A stretch of 64,000 nucleotides of DNA from an uncultured Acidimicrobiales bacterium (GCA_943788915.1 CALSSD010000010.1:620001-684000), one strand, 5' to 3'; numbered from the stretch's first letter, positions 42,098-53,129 are shown. Translations and numbers: made by a program. Notes: generated from the sequence alone by a model not told the origin.

Positions 42098-43846
42098 ATG
42101 ATGCAGATTAACGGAGCCCAAGCGGTGCTCAAAGCGCTGGAGCATGAGGGCGTAGAGACCGTATTTGGCATGCCCGGTGGTGCCATCCTGCCCGTATACG
42201 ACCCACTGATCGAGTCGAGTATTCGACACATCCTGGTGCGCCATGAGCAGGGAGCCGGCCATATGGCATCGGGTTACGCTCATGCAACTGGCAAGCCTGG
42301 TGTAGCGATCGTGACCAGCGGCCCGGCCGCAACCAACATGGTCACGGCCTTGCTTGACGCCATGATGGACTCGATTCCCATGGTTTGCATCACCGGCCAG
42401 GTCGCACTTCCTGCAATCGGCACCGACGCATTCCAGGAAGCCGACACCACCGGCATCACCATGTCAGCCACCAAGCACAACTACCTGGTGACCAAGGTCG
42501 AAGACATTCCGCAGGTCATCCACGACGCATTCCACCTGGCGACCACCGGCCGCCCAGGTCCCGTGCTTGTCGATATTCCCAAAGACCTCGTCCTGCCCGA
42601 CGCCGTGTTCGAGTGGTACGAACCAACTGGTCACGACCTTCCTGGGTACAACCCCAAGACCGAGGGCGACCCAGCCTCGATCGCTGAAGCCGCCAAGATG
42701 ATCATGGCCGCCAAGCGGCCCGTGATTTATAGCGGTGGTGGCATTCTGCGATCACGCGCCGCCGACGAGCTGCGCACGCTCGCCGAGATGACGGACATCC
42801 CCGTCGTCACCACGCTGATGAATCGTGGCGGTTTTCCCGACGACCATGAGTTGAACCTGGGCATGCCCGGCATGCACGGCAATTACACCGCAGTCATGGC
42901 TATGCAAGAGGCTGATCTTCTGATCGCGCTCGGTGCCCGATTCGACGACCGTGTCACCGGTGCCCGCGACAAGTTCGCTCCCGACGCCAAAGTCATCCAT
43001 GTCGACATTGATCCGGCCGAACTCGGCAAGGTGCGGTTTGCCCATGTGCCGATCGCTGGCGACGCCAAGTCGATCATCACTGAGATGATCAAAGAAATCG
43101 AAAAGCTCGGTGGCGCCGATGGGCAGCCCGACCGCGACGCTTGGCGTCAGACCCTGAGCGGCTGGCAAGAAAAGTATCCACTCGTTTACGGCGATCATGA
43201 GCCCGGCAAATTGCTCAAGCCACAGTTTGTGATCGAGAAACTGGCCGAGGCCTGTCCGCCCGACACAATTCTGTGTTCCGGTGTCGGTCAGCATCAGATG
43301 TGGGCCAGCCAGTACTGGACCTTCAACCATCCCTATACCTGGATTAACTCCGGCGGTCTTGGCACGATGGGGTACTCGATTCCAGCTGCCGTGGGAGCGA
43401 AAGCCGGCATGCCGGACCGCATGGTCTGGGCAGTCGACGGCGACGGTTGTTTCCAGATGACATCGCAAGAACTGATCACCGCAGCGGTTGAACACATACC
43501 GGTCAAGGTCGCAATCTTGAATAACAGCTGGCTGGGCATGGTGCGCCAGTGGCAAGAGTTGTTCTACGACGAACGCTTCAGTGAAACCCACTTTGGTTCC
43601 GAAATTCCGAACTACAAGATGTGGGCCGAAGCTATGGGTTGTGTTGGTTTTCGAGTCGACTCACCTGAAGAGGTCGTGCCAACTATCCAGAAGGCAAACG
43701 AAATCAACGACCGCCCAGTGGTGATTGACTTCCGCACTCAAGCTGAAGAGAACGTGTATCCAATGGTCCCTGCGGGGGCGAGCAACAGCGAGGTGTTGGT
43801 CGACCCATCACAACGCGACGCTGACAGTTCGGGAGAGACATCGTGA
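42098..43846 (+). CDS. ilvB: Acetolactate synthase large subunit
   Basis: RHEQGAGH, TSGPAATN, GMPGMHG, RFDDRVTG, GVGQHQMW, TPP motif GDGCFQM..NNSWLGMVRQWQ. Confidence 0.97.
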   Translation: MMQINGAQAVLKALEHEGVETVFGMPGGAILPVYDPLIESSIRHILVRHEQGAGHMASGYAHATGKPGVAIVTSGPAATNMVTALLDAMMDSIPMVCITGQVALPAIGTDAFQEADTTGITMSATKHNYLVTKVEDIPQVIHDAFHLATTGRPGPVLVDIPKDLVLPDAVFEWYEPTGHDLPGYNPKTEGDPASIAEAAKMIMAAKRPVIYSGGGILRSRAADELRTLAEMTDIPVVTTLMNRGGFPDDHELNLGMPGMHGNYTAVMAMQEADLLIALGARFDDRVTGARDKFAPDAKVIHVDIDPAELGKVRFAHVPIAGDAKSIITEMIKEIEKLGGADGQPDRDAWRQTLSGWQEKYPLVYGDHEPGKLLKPQFVIEKLAEACPPDTILCSGVGQHQMWASQYWTFNHPYTWINSGGLGTMGYSIPAAVGAKAGMPDRMVWAVDGDGCFQMTSQELITAAVEHIPVKVAILNNSWLGMVRQWQELFYDERFSETHFGSEIPNYKMWAEAMGCVGFRVDSPEEVVPTIQKANEINDRPVVIDFRTQAEENVYPMVPAGASNSEVLVDPSQRDADSSGETS

Positions 43847-44358
43847 GCCACATTCCTGAATTCCATACAATCGTTGTTCGGGTCGAGAACAAGGCGGGCG
43901 TGTTGGCCCGTATTGCTGGGCTCTTCTCACGGCGTGGTTTTAACATCGAGTCACTCGCTGTGGCCCCTACCGACGATGACCGATTCAGCCGGATCACGAT
44001 TGTCGTGGACGTTGCGTCAACGTCGATCGACCAAGTGGTCAAGCAGCTCGACAAGCTCATCAACGTGCTTGAGATTCGCGAACTTGACCCCGAAACATCG
44101 GTCGAGCGTGAATTGATGATGACGACGCTTTCGGCTCCAACGCCCGAAGCCCGTCGCGAGATCATCGACCTCGTGCAAATTTTCGATGCCCAAGTACTGA
44201 ACGTGGGTTTCGATCAGCTGATGGTTTCGCTTGTCGGATCACAGCGCCGTCTCGATGATTTCGAGGCGTTGTTGAGCCGTTTCGGCATCATCGAGATTCA
44301 AAGAACCGGCAAGATCGCACTAAGCGAACTGGCCAAGGTCGAGCCAACTGAGTCGTAA
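43843..44358 (+). CDS. ilvN: Acetolactate synthase small subunit
   Basis: VENKAGVLARIAGLFSRRGFNIESL; GTGA overlap with ilvB. Confidence 0.96.
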   Translation: MSHIPEFHTIVVRVENKAGVLARIAGLFSRRGFNIESLAVAPTDDDRFSRITIVVDVASTSIDQVVKQLDKLINVLEIRELDPETSVERELMMTTLSAPTPEARREIIDLVQIFDAQVLNVGFDQLMVSLVGSQRRLDDFEALLSRFGIIEIQRTGKIALSELAKVEPTES

Positions 44359-44375
44359 CGCTCCTTCGACACAAC

Positions 44376-44513
44376 ATGCTGATGGGCGACATGTCAGAGG
44401 ACGAGAAGTCCAATACATGGGATGCCGTCGCCGAGGCCATGTCCGGCTACGAGGGTCCCGACGGATTCGTTTGCCCGGGCGAACTGATCGTTTGCACCGG
44501 CACCGTCGACTGA
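44376..44513 (+). pseudogene. 3' remnant of a SAM-methyltransferase-like gene
   Basis: MLMGDMSEDEKSNTWDAVAEAMSGYEGPDGFVCPGELIVCTGTVD*; resembles C-termini of UbiE-like methyltransferases; no SAM motif present. Confidence 0.4.
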
Positions 44514-45007
44514 GGAAACAAGACAGTCGAGACCGAAGCGGCGGAGCAGCACCGACGTCGACACGCGTCACACCCCTGCGAGCGGACACAGGGGACTACG
44601 CAGCCGAAGCCAATCGCGCCCGCTGATGCAAAGGTCAGTTCCCGTTGGATCGCTAACGCTCCGAACTGCGCTCGCTGGTTCGCCGCCAACCGCTCGCGAG
44701 CATCAACGATCGGGGCTTCGAGCTCGGGCGGCGTTTGGTTCGGCGACCTCAGCGAAGGCCTACTCAAAACACATGCAGGACAAGCAGTCAACGCGGTGAT
44801 GAAGCAAGGCGACGATCGAACCTGTGTGCTGGCGCTGGGAGCTCGGTTACTGCGACCAGGTGTGCAGGCGCGGCGAACTGCAGCGGGCATGATCAGCTCG
44901 TGGGATGTAGCTCGGCAGTGTCAGTAGGAGCCATGAGGGAACGGTTCCTTGCGTGCCACTGGCGCAGTTGGTCGAAGCACGTCAGGCTTCGGAGCAGCAC
45001 TTCGTTC

Positions 45008-45895
45008 CTACCCTGGAGCGAGAAGTGACCAGAACGCACTGACCAATGGGTTCTTGAGATGGCGCTTCATGGTGACAAGCCCCAAGTCGTACGGCTCTAG
45101 CGCTGGCATGACCTCGAGCATGCGCACACGCTCGGCAAACGGGCTGTTGTCGAGCACGATCTGGGGCACGACGCCGACGCCGAGTCCCAGACTGACCATG
45201 CTCACGATGGCTTCGTTGCCAGCTACCTGGGCGTAGATCTTTGGGGTCACGCCCAGGGCCCGGAACCAGGCGTCGACCCGTGTCCGGGCAAGGCCACTTG
45301 AGGCAAGAATCATCGGAATCTGTTGCCAGCTGTTGGCATCGGTCGGAGGCATGTCGTCAATGCCTAGATCAGTCGAGTCCGCGGGAGCGATGAAGATGAG
45401 GGGAGAGGTCTGGATGGGTTCGAAGAGCACACCCGCCGGCAAGTTCCGAGGTCGCGCCGCGATGGCCAAGTCTTCGTCCAGCGACACAACTCGGCCGATG
45501 GCATGTTGCGGGTCTCCTGTCTGCAGCCTGATTTCAACGCCTGGGTGAGCAGGTCGAAACCGGTTCAAGAGGTCCACCAGAATGCTATGGCTGGCGGTGA
45601 CCGAGCAGTAGAGACTTACTTCACCTTGGAGTTGCTCGGCAGGGTCGGTCAGGTCGTAGCAAATCTGTTCCCATTGCTGCACGGCGTTGCGTGCGTAGCG
45701 CTGAAACTTGTGCCCGTCTTGGGTGAGCTCGACGGTGCGGTTGTCGCGGGCGAACAGTGTTGCGTTGACTTCGGTTTCCAACTGTCGGATGTTGCGTGAC
45801 AACGCGGACGTGCTGATGTTGGCGCGGCGACTGGCGCGGCCAAAGTTCAGATCTTCACACAAGAGCAGGAAGTGCTTCAGCGTTCTGATGTCCAT
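45008..45895 (-). CDS. ilvY: LysR-type activator IlvY
   Basis: LysR HTH MDIRTLKHFLLLCEDLNFGRAS; SLYCSVTASHS, LQTGD, IYAQVAGNEAIVSMVSLG; divergent from ilvC. Confidence 0.9.
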   Translation of the reverse strand: MDIRTLKHFLLLCEDLNFGRASRRANISTSALSRNIRQLETEVNATLFARDNRTVELTQDGHKFQRYARNAVQQWEQICYDLTDPAEQLQGEVSLYCSVTASHSILVDLLNRFRPAHPGVEIRLQTGDPQHAIGRVVSLDEDLAIAARPRNLPAGVLFEPIQTSPLIFIAPADSTDLGIDDMPPTDANSWQQIPMILASSGLARTRVDAWFRALGVTPKIYAQVAGNEAIVSMVSLGLGVGVVPQIVLDNSPFAERVRMLEVMPALEPYDLGLVTMKRHLKNPLVSAFWSLLAPG

Positions 45896-45923
45896 CGTGT
45901 GAGTATGCACAACTTTGGGTCAG

Positions 45924-45973
45924 CGTTGCACAAATTGGGACATCATGTTGCGTATATATCAATTTACGAAACG
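45924..45973. promoter_or_regulatory. IlvY operators O1/O2-like
   Basis: CGTTGCACAAATTGGGACAT and TATATCAATTTACGAAACG resemble the enterobacterial ilvYC operators (recalled). Confidence 0.6.
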
Positions 45974-46024
45974 CTCACCGATGGGTAGAATCCACCGGGA
46001 TACACCCCTGATTGAGAGCACCAC

Positions 46025-47497
46025 ATGGCCAATTACTTCAACACCCTGCCTCTGCGCGAACAACTCGCTGAGCTCGGCAAGTGCCGCTTCATGCACCTTG
46101 ACGAGTTCACCGAAGGCGTCGATGCGCTTAAGGGCAAGAAGATCGTCGTCATCGGTTGCGGCGCTCAAGGTCTGAATCAGGGTCTGAACCTGCGCGACAG
46201 CGGCCTCGATGTGTCCTACACGCTGCGCGACGCTGCCATCACCGAGCAGCGCCAGTCGTGGAAGAACGCCACCGAAAACGGCTTCACCGTAGGCACCTAC
46301 GAAGAGCTGCTCCCGACCGCTGACGTCGTGCTGAACCTGACACCAGACAAGCAGCACACCAACGTCGTGAACACCATCATGCCGATGATGAAGCAGGGTG
46401 CCTGCTTGTCGTACTCACACGGCTTCAACATCGTCGAAGAAGGCATGCAGATCCGTGACGACATCACCGTCATCATGGTGGCACCCAAGTGCCCAGGCTC
46501 CGAAGTCCGCGCCGAGTACGTCCGTGGTTTCGGTGTGCCGACCCTGATCGCTGTCCACGAGGACAACGACCCGAACGGCGAAGGCCTGGCGCTGGCCAAG
46601 GCCTATGCGGTCGGTACCGGCGGCCACAAGGCCGGCGTGCTCATGTCATCGTTCATCGCCGAGGTCAAGTCCGACCTGATGGGCGAACAAACCATCCTGT
46701 GCGGCATGTTGCAGACCGGCTCCCTTCTGTGCTTCGACAAGATGATCGAAGAGGGAATCGAGCCTGGTTACGCATCCAAGCTCATTCAGTACGGCTGGGA
46801 GACCACCACCGAAGCACTGAAATACGGTGGCGTCACCAACATGATGGACCGGCTGTCGAACCCTGCCAAGATCCGTGCTTTCGATCTGTCAGAGCAGATG
46901 AAAGTGATCATGCGTCCGCTCTACAACAAGCACCAGGACGACATCATGACGGGCGCATTCTCCACCGGGATGATGGCTGATTGGGCTAACGACGACGCTG
47001 ACTTGCTTGGCTGGCGTGCGGCCACCGCAGAGACTGCCTACGAGCAGACCCCTGCCGGTGATGTCGAAATCTCCGAGCAGGAGTACTTCGACAACGGCAT
47101 CCTCATGGTCGCCATGGTCAAGGCAGGCGTCGAGCTGGCCTTCGAAACCATGACCGCAGCTGGCATCATCGCTGACTCGGCCTACTACGAGTCACTGCAC
47201 GAGACGCCGCTGATCGCCAACACTATTGCTCGTAAGAAGCTCTACGAAATGAATGCAACCATCTCAGATACCGCCGAGTACGGCTGTTACCTGTACAACC
47301 ACGCATGTGTGCCATTGCTGGCTGACTTCATGACCGGTATCAAGAGCGACGTCATCGGCAAGGGTCTCGACCTCAGCGACACCGGTGTCGACAATGCTCG
47401 TCTGATCGAAGTGAACGAGGCCATCCGAAGCCATCCTGTCGAAGCGATCGGTGCGGAGCTGCGCGGCTACATGGCCGACATGAAACAAATCATCTGA
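46025..47497 (+). CDS. ilvC: Ketol-acid reductoisomerase, class II (long, E. coli type)
   Basis: 490 aa; [52 protein letters not shown]. Confidence 0.97.
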   Translation: MANYFNTLPLREQLAELGKCRFMHLDEFTEGVDALKGKKIVVIGCGAQGLNQGLNLRDSGLDVSYTLRDAAITEQRQSWKNATENGFTVGTYEELLPTADVVLNLTPDKQHTNVVNTIMPMMKQGACLSYSHGFNIVEEGMQIRDDITVIMVAPKCPGSEVRAEYVRGFGVPTLIAVHEDNDPNGEGLALAKAYAVGTGGHKAGVLMSSFIAEVKSDLMGEQTILCGMLQTGSLLCFDKMIEEGIEPGYASKLIQYGWETTTEALKYGGVTNMMDRLSNPAKIRAFDLSEQMKVIMRPLYNKHQDDIMTGAFSTGMMADWANDDADLLGWRAATAETAYEQTPAGDVEISEQEYFDNGILMVAMVKAGVELAFETMTAAGIIADSAYYESLHETPLIANTIARKKLYEMNATISDTAEYGCYLYNHACVPLLADFMTGIKSDVIGKGLDLSDTGVDNARLIEVNEAIRSHPVEAIGAELRGYMADMKQII

Positions 47498-47527
47498 GGG
47501 GAGTCGCCGTTCGCTTCGCGCTCTAAC

Positions 47528-47555
47528 CGGGCTCTTCGCTAATGCGAAGAGCCCG
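47528..47555 (+). terminator. Stem-loop after ilvC
   Basis: cgggctcttcgc-taat-gcgaagagcccg, perfect 12-bp stem. Confidence 0.7.
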
Positions 47556-47624
47556 CGCTTATCGTCGCTGTGCGTTCCGGCAGACGCTTCCTCAGGCGAG
47601 TGTCCGGTGTGAAGGGGTAGATCA

Positions 47625-49076
47625 ATGAGTAATCAGGATGTGGCTTGCCCCGACGCGATTTGTCTCAGCGGCTTGTCGGTTGATTTCGATGGGCGATTTC
47701 AACTCAGTGACATCAGCTGGACAATCCGGCCAGGAGAACACTGGTTGATCGCGGGCGGCAACGGCTCCGGCAAGTCGGCCCTGGCGGCCGTGCTTGCCGG
47801 TGAAGGAGAGTGTCTGTCGGGCACTCAGTCGGGTTTGCCCGATCGTGTGGCTCTCGTCTCCTATGAGAGGCAGTCGGAACTCATCGAGGCCGAGCGCCGC
47901 AAAGACGACGCTGACATTCTGGACGTGATCTCAGAAGGAACGCCGGTAGCTGAGATCATCGATGCCGTCTGCCTCGATGATGAACTCGCCCAGACACTGG
48001 TCGACACCTTGGGTCTGCGGCCGCTGATGGGCCGAGCGTTTCGCAAACTCTCAACCGGTGAGACGCGAAAGGTGATGCTCATCCGAGCGTTGACCAGCCG
48101 TCCGGAACTGCTCGTTCTGGATGAACCTTTTGACGGTCTTGATCACGATTCGCTTACGTGGCTGCAAGACCACCTGCGGGTTGTGGCGGAAACCGTACCG
48201 ATAGTGATCGTGCTGAACCGGTTCGACGAGTGCCCCGAGTTCATCACCCACGTGGCCTACATCGACCACGGGCAACTGCTTTATCAGGTGCGGCGCGACG
48301 ACGAGAGCGCCTTTGCCGAGCTGTACCAACTGCTGCACTTGAAGACGAGCGAGCTTGATGTGCCCATGGCCGACCCGGCTGCCCGGCTGCCAGCTCTCAA
48401 TCCCAGCGATCCTCTGGTCCGGTTGACCGGAGCCACCATTCGTTACCCAGACAACACGGTTTTCGAGAACCTCGACTGGACGATCGAGGCGAACCAGCAC
48501 TGGCAGTTGAGCGGGCCGAATGGCAGCGGCAAAACGTGTCTGCTTTCATTGATCACCGGTGATCATCCGCAGTGTTATGTCAACGACATCAAGGTCTTTG
48601 GATTTCAGCGCGGCACCGGCGAGAGCATCTGGCAGATCAAGCAGTACATCGGGTATGTCTCCACCGCACTTCAATGGGAGTACCGAGTCAGCATCGGGCT
48701 GCGGAATGTCATCATCTCCGGCTTCTACGACAGCATCGGGCTGTACAACAAAAGCACAGATATGCAGAAGGCTATTGCGGATCAATGGCTCGCTCTACTG
48801 GGCATGTCAGACCGAGCAGACGAGCCATTTAATGGCCTGTCCTACGGCGAACAGCGCCTGTTGTTGATTGCACGTGCAATGGTGAAACATCCACCGCTGC
48901 TCATTCTCGACGAACCCTGTCTCGGCCTCGATGACATGAACCGGCAAGTAGTGCTCGCACTAATCGAGCGCATCTGCACCGCAAGCGAGACGGCGGTGCT
49001 CTACGTCAATCACCGCTCGGAGGATCGCATCCGTGGCATCGACCATCATCTGGCCCTCGGTCACAGAGCTCGATAA
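47625..49076 (+). CDS. modF: ModF-type tandem ABC ATPase
   Basis: Two NBDs (GGNGSGKS/LSTGE/LDEP and GPNGSGKT/LSYGE/LDEP); ITGDHPQCY..RGTGESIWQIKQYIGYVS. Confidence 0.85.
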   Translation: MSNQDVACPDAICLSGLSVDFDGRFQLSDISWTIRPGEHWLIAGGNGSGKSALAAVLAGEGECLSGTQSGLPDRVALVSYERQSELIEAERRKDDADILDVISEGTPVAEIIDAVCLDDELAQTLVDTLGLRPLMGRAFRKLSTGETRKVMLIRALTSRPELLVLDEPFDGLDHDSLTWLQDHLRVVAETVPIVIVLNRFDECPEFITHVAYIDHGQLLYQVRRDDESAFAELYQLLHLKTSELDVPMADPAARLPALNPSDPLVRLTGATIRYPDNTVFENLDWTIEANQHWQLSGPNGSGKTCLLSLITGDHPQCYVNDIKVFGFQRGTGESIWQIKQYIGYVSTALQWEYRVSIGLRNVIISGFYDSIGLYNKSTDMQKAIADQWLALLGMSDRADEPFNGLSYGEQRLLLIARAMVKHPPLLILDEPCLGLDDMNRQVVLALIERICTASETAVLYVNHRSEDRIRGIDHHLALGHRAR

Positions 49077-49135
49077 ACGCGGGTTCCGCTCGGCATTTCG
49101 TTTTGGAGCAGTCCGGCGCCGCAGATCAGTGAGTT

Positions 49136-50656
49136 ATGGGAACTAGTGTGGCGGGCATCAAGCACTGGCACTCCATCGTCCGATCATCGCGCTCTGCGCT
49201 CGTGGCAGCAGTTGTTGTCGCGCTTGTCGCCACGTCCTGCGGCGACCCACAGGTCCCTGTTGCTCGCTCCTCCGATGGGGAACTCGTTCAAGCCACAAGC
49301 GAACCTGTTCCACCGACCCCGACACCGCTGCCGCTCCCGACCGCTGAGCCGACACCCGCAGGCGGGCCGGCAGCGACACCCCAACCCGTAGTCGCGCAGC
49401 CAGGGCTCACGAGCGAGATCATTCGCCTGGCGGTGGTCTTCGATGACGAGACACAAGGCACCGCCGACCAACTCTTCCGCGACGGCTGGTTGGGCACACT
49501 GGCGTGGGCCAACGAGGTCAACAAGAACGGTGGCCTGGGCGGGCGCCTCGTCGAAGTTGTGCCAATCGATTCGCTGCTCTTCGATCATCCCACGGCACTG
49601 GACCAAGTCTGTCAAGGCGACTTTTTTGCCATCGTTGGTTCCCACAGCCTGGGCGATGCCGAAGGTGCCGAAATGCTCGGCACCGAACAATGCAATATTG
49701 CTGACTTTCCCGGGCAGGTCTACGGCTCACGGCGAGCGGTTTCTCCGGTGACGTTCCTGTCGAATCCGTTCCTCAACGACATCCGCCAGGCCGGACCCGC
49801 CAAGTACCTGGTTGACATGTTCCCGGACGCTGCATCCAACCTGGGCCTACTCCGTTACTTTGACCTAGATCTCGAGCGGGCCAACGAACGGCAACGGGAG
49901 ATGCTTATCGGTCAAGGTATGGAAGTTGTCTTCGAACTTCCCGTGGATCTCCAGGAAGACCCCGCCGAACGCATCGTGGGATTCTGGGAAGACAGCGGTG
50001 CCGAATCGCTCGTGTGGGTTGCAGATCCCGGCAACCTGATCGAGCTTCTCGAAGCTTTCGAAGAGCCACCAGCGTTCGTGTTGTGTGAGTGGGGGTGTTA
50101 CAGCCAACAATTCCTGCTCGACGGCGGCGAAACAGTCGAAGGGGTCTACACATGGATAGCCCACAGCCCATTTGAGTCACCGAACGCACGTGGCGACTTG
50201 TTCTTGTACCGCGCCAACCTGGCGACCGTCGCACCGGATGCCGGGTGGAGCGAGGTCGGCCTGCAGAGCTGGATGGCAGGCCGACTCTTCGAGCAAGCCT
50301 TCAACCGGGTTCTCGAAGTTGAACCTGAGCTGCCAACGCGTGAAGCGCTCATTCGAGTAGCGCAAGGCATCAACTTCTATATTGCGAATGGCATTTTGTC
50401 GGCGACCGATCCGGGTGGGCGGCAACCAACGCCTTGTTTCGTGTTGATGGTCGTGCGCAACGGTCGGTGGGTGCAGGAGTACCCAGCACCCACGAATCCC
50501 CGCAATCAGGACTGCTCAGAAGACAATCTGTACCAACTCGTGACATCTCGTTCGCTAGGTGTTACATCGCTCTCGGCCACGACATCTGAGGCGCAACCCA
50601 CCTCGGTCGCCGAAGCCGAACCCAACCTCGAAAACCCCGAAGAGCTCGACGAATAG
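49136..50656 (+). CDS. ABC-type substrate-binding lipoprotein (type I fold)
   Basis: Lipobox LVATSC-G; Pro-rich linker; VNKNGGLGGRLVEV. Confidence 0.75.
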   Translation: MGTSVAGIKHWHSIVRSSRSALVAAVVVALVATSCGDPQVPVARSSDGELVQATSEPVPPTPTPLPLPTAEPTPAGGPAATPQPVVAQPGLTSEIIRLAVVFDDETQGTADQLFRDGWLGTLAWANEVNKNGGLGGRLVEVVPIDSLLFDHPTALDQVCQGDFFAIVGSHSLGDAEGAEMLGTEQCNIADFPGQVYGSRRAVSPVTFLSNPFLNDIRQAGPAKYLVDMFPDAASNLGLLRYFDLDLERANERQREMLIGQGMEVVFELPVDLQEDPAERIVGFWEDSGAESLVWVADPGNLIELLEAFEEPPAFVLCEWGCYSQQFLLDGGETVEGVYTWIAHSPFESPNARGDLFLYRANLATVAPDAGWSEVGLQSWMAGRLFEQAFNRVLEVEPELPTREALIRVAQGINFYIANGILSATDPGGRQPTPCFVLMVVRNGRWVQEYPAPTNPRNQDCSEDNLYQLVTSRSLGVTSLSATTSEAQPTSVAEAEPNLENPEELDE

Positions 50657-50774
50657 GGGTATCGAGTTGTTCCTCGTCGAAACCCTGTTTTGGGGCTCTG
50701 AAGTCCATAGTCCCGGACCGCTGCGCTACCCCGGGTAGCTAGGTAGTCCGGCTTTCGAGTTGTTCCTTGCTGTT

Positions 50775-53129
50775 CTAGCTGCGGATCCAGACCAGTGCGA
50801 TGTCGTCGACGGCGATGTCGGTCTTCTCCAACGGCACGTCGTAGGCGGTGACGTTTTGGGCTTTGTCCTGCCACTCAAAGACGATCTGGTTGATGTCGTC
50901 TTCGACTTCCTCTCGGAGCTCGTTGAGATCACTGAGTTTGTCGTTGTAACGGTTTTGGGCCGTTGCGATACGTTGCTCTGCCTTACCGGTGGCCTTCCGG
51001 CCCCGCAAGATCGACCGGCCAGTCGACCGAGACCGTCGTCCACCGAGTAATCCACCAAGCACGTCCAGAGCCGCGCCAGCCCAGGCTTCGTTACGAGTGC
51101 TTTCGCGGTCGTACTCAAGTTCGCGGATGCGGTCTTCGAGCTTGGTTAGGTCAGTGTCCAGCCGGTCTTCCTTCTTCACCAGCGCCTCGCGCAGCTTGTC
51201 GATCTGTTCGTCGGCCATGTCATCAGCAATGTCTGCGCACCGATTCCTAAACGCTTGTTCCTCTTCGTCGACCCGGCTGAACGCCTTGAGATCGGCGTTG
51301 CGGAACAGCTGGAGTGACTTGTTACGGTAGAGATGATCCTTGAATGCGGTCTTGGACTGGGTGAAGAACGTGCTCTTATCAATGGGCGCATCCGGAAGCA
51401 GATAGATCTGTTCGCCTGCGACTTCAGACGAGAAGTCGCGGTCATCGAAGTCGATGGCTAACGTGTTGCCGGGATCAACCCGGGAACCATCGATGCGAAC
51501 GATTCCTTCCCACTCGACTTCGTGACGCAGGTCGGCCTTGGTCTCGTCGTAGAGCAGATGCATCCGCACGGCTAGGGCAGGCACCAGTCGGGTGCCGGTC
51601 GGATCAAACCCTGCATCGCTGGCCCACGGGGCGCCAGCCCGGACATATCGCACATCGACACCCTTGGCTACTGGCGGCGCCATGGTTGACTCGTTGTCGG
51701 CCAGTTCTGGTTCGGCCGGCGCTGGGGCGCTCGACTGTCGTCCGGAACCAGACGCTGAAGGGGGATCGGACTGGGTGTCCTCGCTGAGGTCACGGATCTG
51801 GGATCGCGTCAGCGGTCCAGCCAGGTACGACATGGCCCAGCGGGTCGAGAACTGCTGAGGCATACCCCTGGTCGAGTGCAACACGAACTCGCGTTTGTCG
51901 AGGCTGGAGATGGTTGCATCGAGTTCTCGGATGTCCACGCCACCGTCGGAACGTTCCATACCTTCGAGCAGCCGGGCCTTGTCTCGTTCGGTCTGAAGCC
52001 GGCCAATCATCCATGTGCCTGCGTTCGAGATTGCCTTGTAGTCGATGTCGACAGGGTTCTGCGTGGACAACACCAGACCAACACCAAAGGCTCGGGCCTG
52101 CTTCAGAATGGTAAGAATCGGTTTCTTCGATGGTGGCATTGCCGTAGGCGGAACGAAACCAAACACCTCGTCCATGTAGATCAGCACCCGCAGGTCGTCG
52201 CTGCCTGGTTGGCTGCGCATCCAGGTCACGACCTTGGAAAGAATCAACGTGACGACGAACTGGCGTTCCTCATCGGACAGATGATGGATGTTCACGACCG
52301 CGGCGCGGGGGTCGCCATTTGGCTGGAACAACATGGTGTCGATGTCGAGCGGCACGCCCTGGTTCCACGCAGCGAATGCAGGAGAGGCAGCTAGGCCGTT
52401 GAGTTTTATGGCCAGTTTCATGCGATCAGGCTTGGGGAAGAGCGTGTCAACCTGCATGACGCCAAGTTTCTTGAACGGTGGATCCATCACAAGCGGGATG
52501 ATCTCCTCGATACTTACCGGTAGACCATCCCTCCAGCGGCCGTCGATGATGTTGGCCATCAAAATGTGCTCGCGCCCGCTGAGCGGGTCGCTCTCTAGGC
52601 CAACAAGCCCGAGCAGCGACGAGACAAGGCCCTCGATCTCATCGAGTTTGGACTCTTCGAACGCAACGGGGTCTTCGGTTCGCGACGCGTCCGGAGCGGC
52701 CATCGAACCAAGGACATTAAGCGGCACACCGGCTTGAGAACCTGGTGTGTAGATCGTCATGTCGCACTTCGAACGCAGCTCCCCAATCCGGCTGGGTGTG
52801 ATGCCCGATCGGGCAAGCCCGGACTTCCACAGGTCCGCCATCGCTGCTGGATCGTCGTCATCAGCTACCCACGGGGTGAAATCCGTTGCCGACATGTTCG
52901 GAAATGTGAGCAACAGATTGCCCATGTCCCCTTTGGGATCGATGATGAGCGTGGGGATGTCGGCGAGCAGCGCTTCTTCAAGTATGACCATGCCGAGGCC
53001 GGTCTTGCCGGACCCGGTCATACCCACGATCACGCCATGGGTGGTCAGATTCGACGCTTCGTAGAAGATCGGTTCATCGCTGCTGGTGCGACCAAGATAG
53101 AGCTGGCCGTCGGGTATATCTGTGGTCAT
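50775..53129 (-). CDS. HerA/FtsK-like (DUF87-type) P-loop ATPase with C-terminal coiled coil
   Basis: THGVIVGMTGSGKT, IIDPKGD, Walker B IYMDE, KQARAFG, STQNP. Confidence 0.82.
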   Translation of the reverse strand: MTTDIPDGQLYLGRTSSDEPIFYEASNLTTHGVIVGMTGSGKTGLGMVILEEALLADIPTLIIDPKGDMGNLLLTFPNMSATDFTPWVADDDDPAAMADLWKSGLARSGITPSRIGELRSKCDMTIYTPGSQAGVPLNVLGSMAAPDASRTEDPVAFEESKLDEIEGLVSSLLGLVGLESDPLSGREHILMANIIDGRWRDGLPVSIEEIIPLVMDPPFKKLGVMQVDTLFPKPDRMKLAIKLNGLAASPAFAAWNQGVPLDIDTMLFQPNGDPRAAVVNIHHLSDEERQFVVTLILSKVVTWMRSQPGSDDLRVLIYMDEVFGFVPPTAMPPSKKPILTILKQARAFGVGLVLSTQNPVDIDYKAISNAGTWMIGRLQTERDKARLLEGMERSDGGVDIRELDATISSLDKREFVLHSTRGMPQQFSTRWAMSYLAGPLTRSQIRDLSEDTQSDPPSASGSGRQSSAPAPAEPELADNESTMAPPVAKGVDVRYVRAGAPWASDAGFDPTGTRLVPALAVRMHLLYDETKADLRHEVEWEGIVRIDGSRVDPGNTLAIDFDDRDFSSEVAGEQIYLLPDAPIDKSTFFTQSKTAFKDHLYRNKSLQLFRNADLKAFSRVDEEEQAFRNRCADIADDMADEQIDKLREALVKKEDRLDTDLTKLEDRIRELEYDRESTRNEAWAGAALDVLGGLLGGRRSRSTGRSILRGRKATGKAEQRIATAQNRYNDKLSDLNELREEVEDDINQIVFEWQDKAQNVTAYDVPLEKTDIAVDDIALVWIRS

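Noticed and set aside
44566..44587. CGTCACACCCC as a fourth RecA-NDp-like promoter
   Set aside because: No TAnnnT at the required spacing and no credible downstream gene
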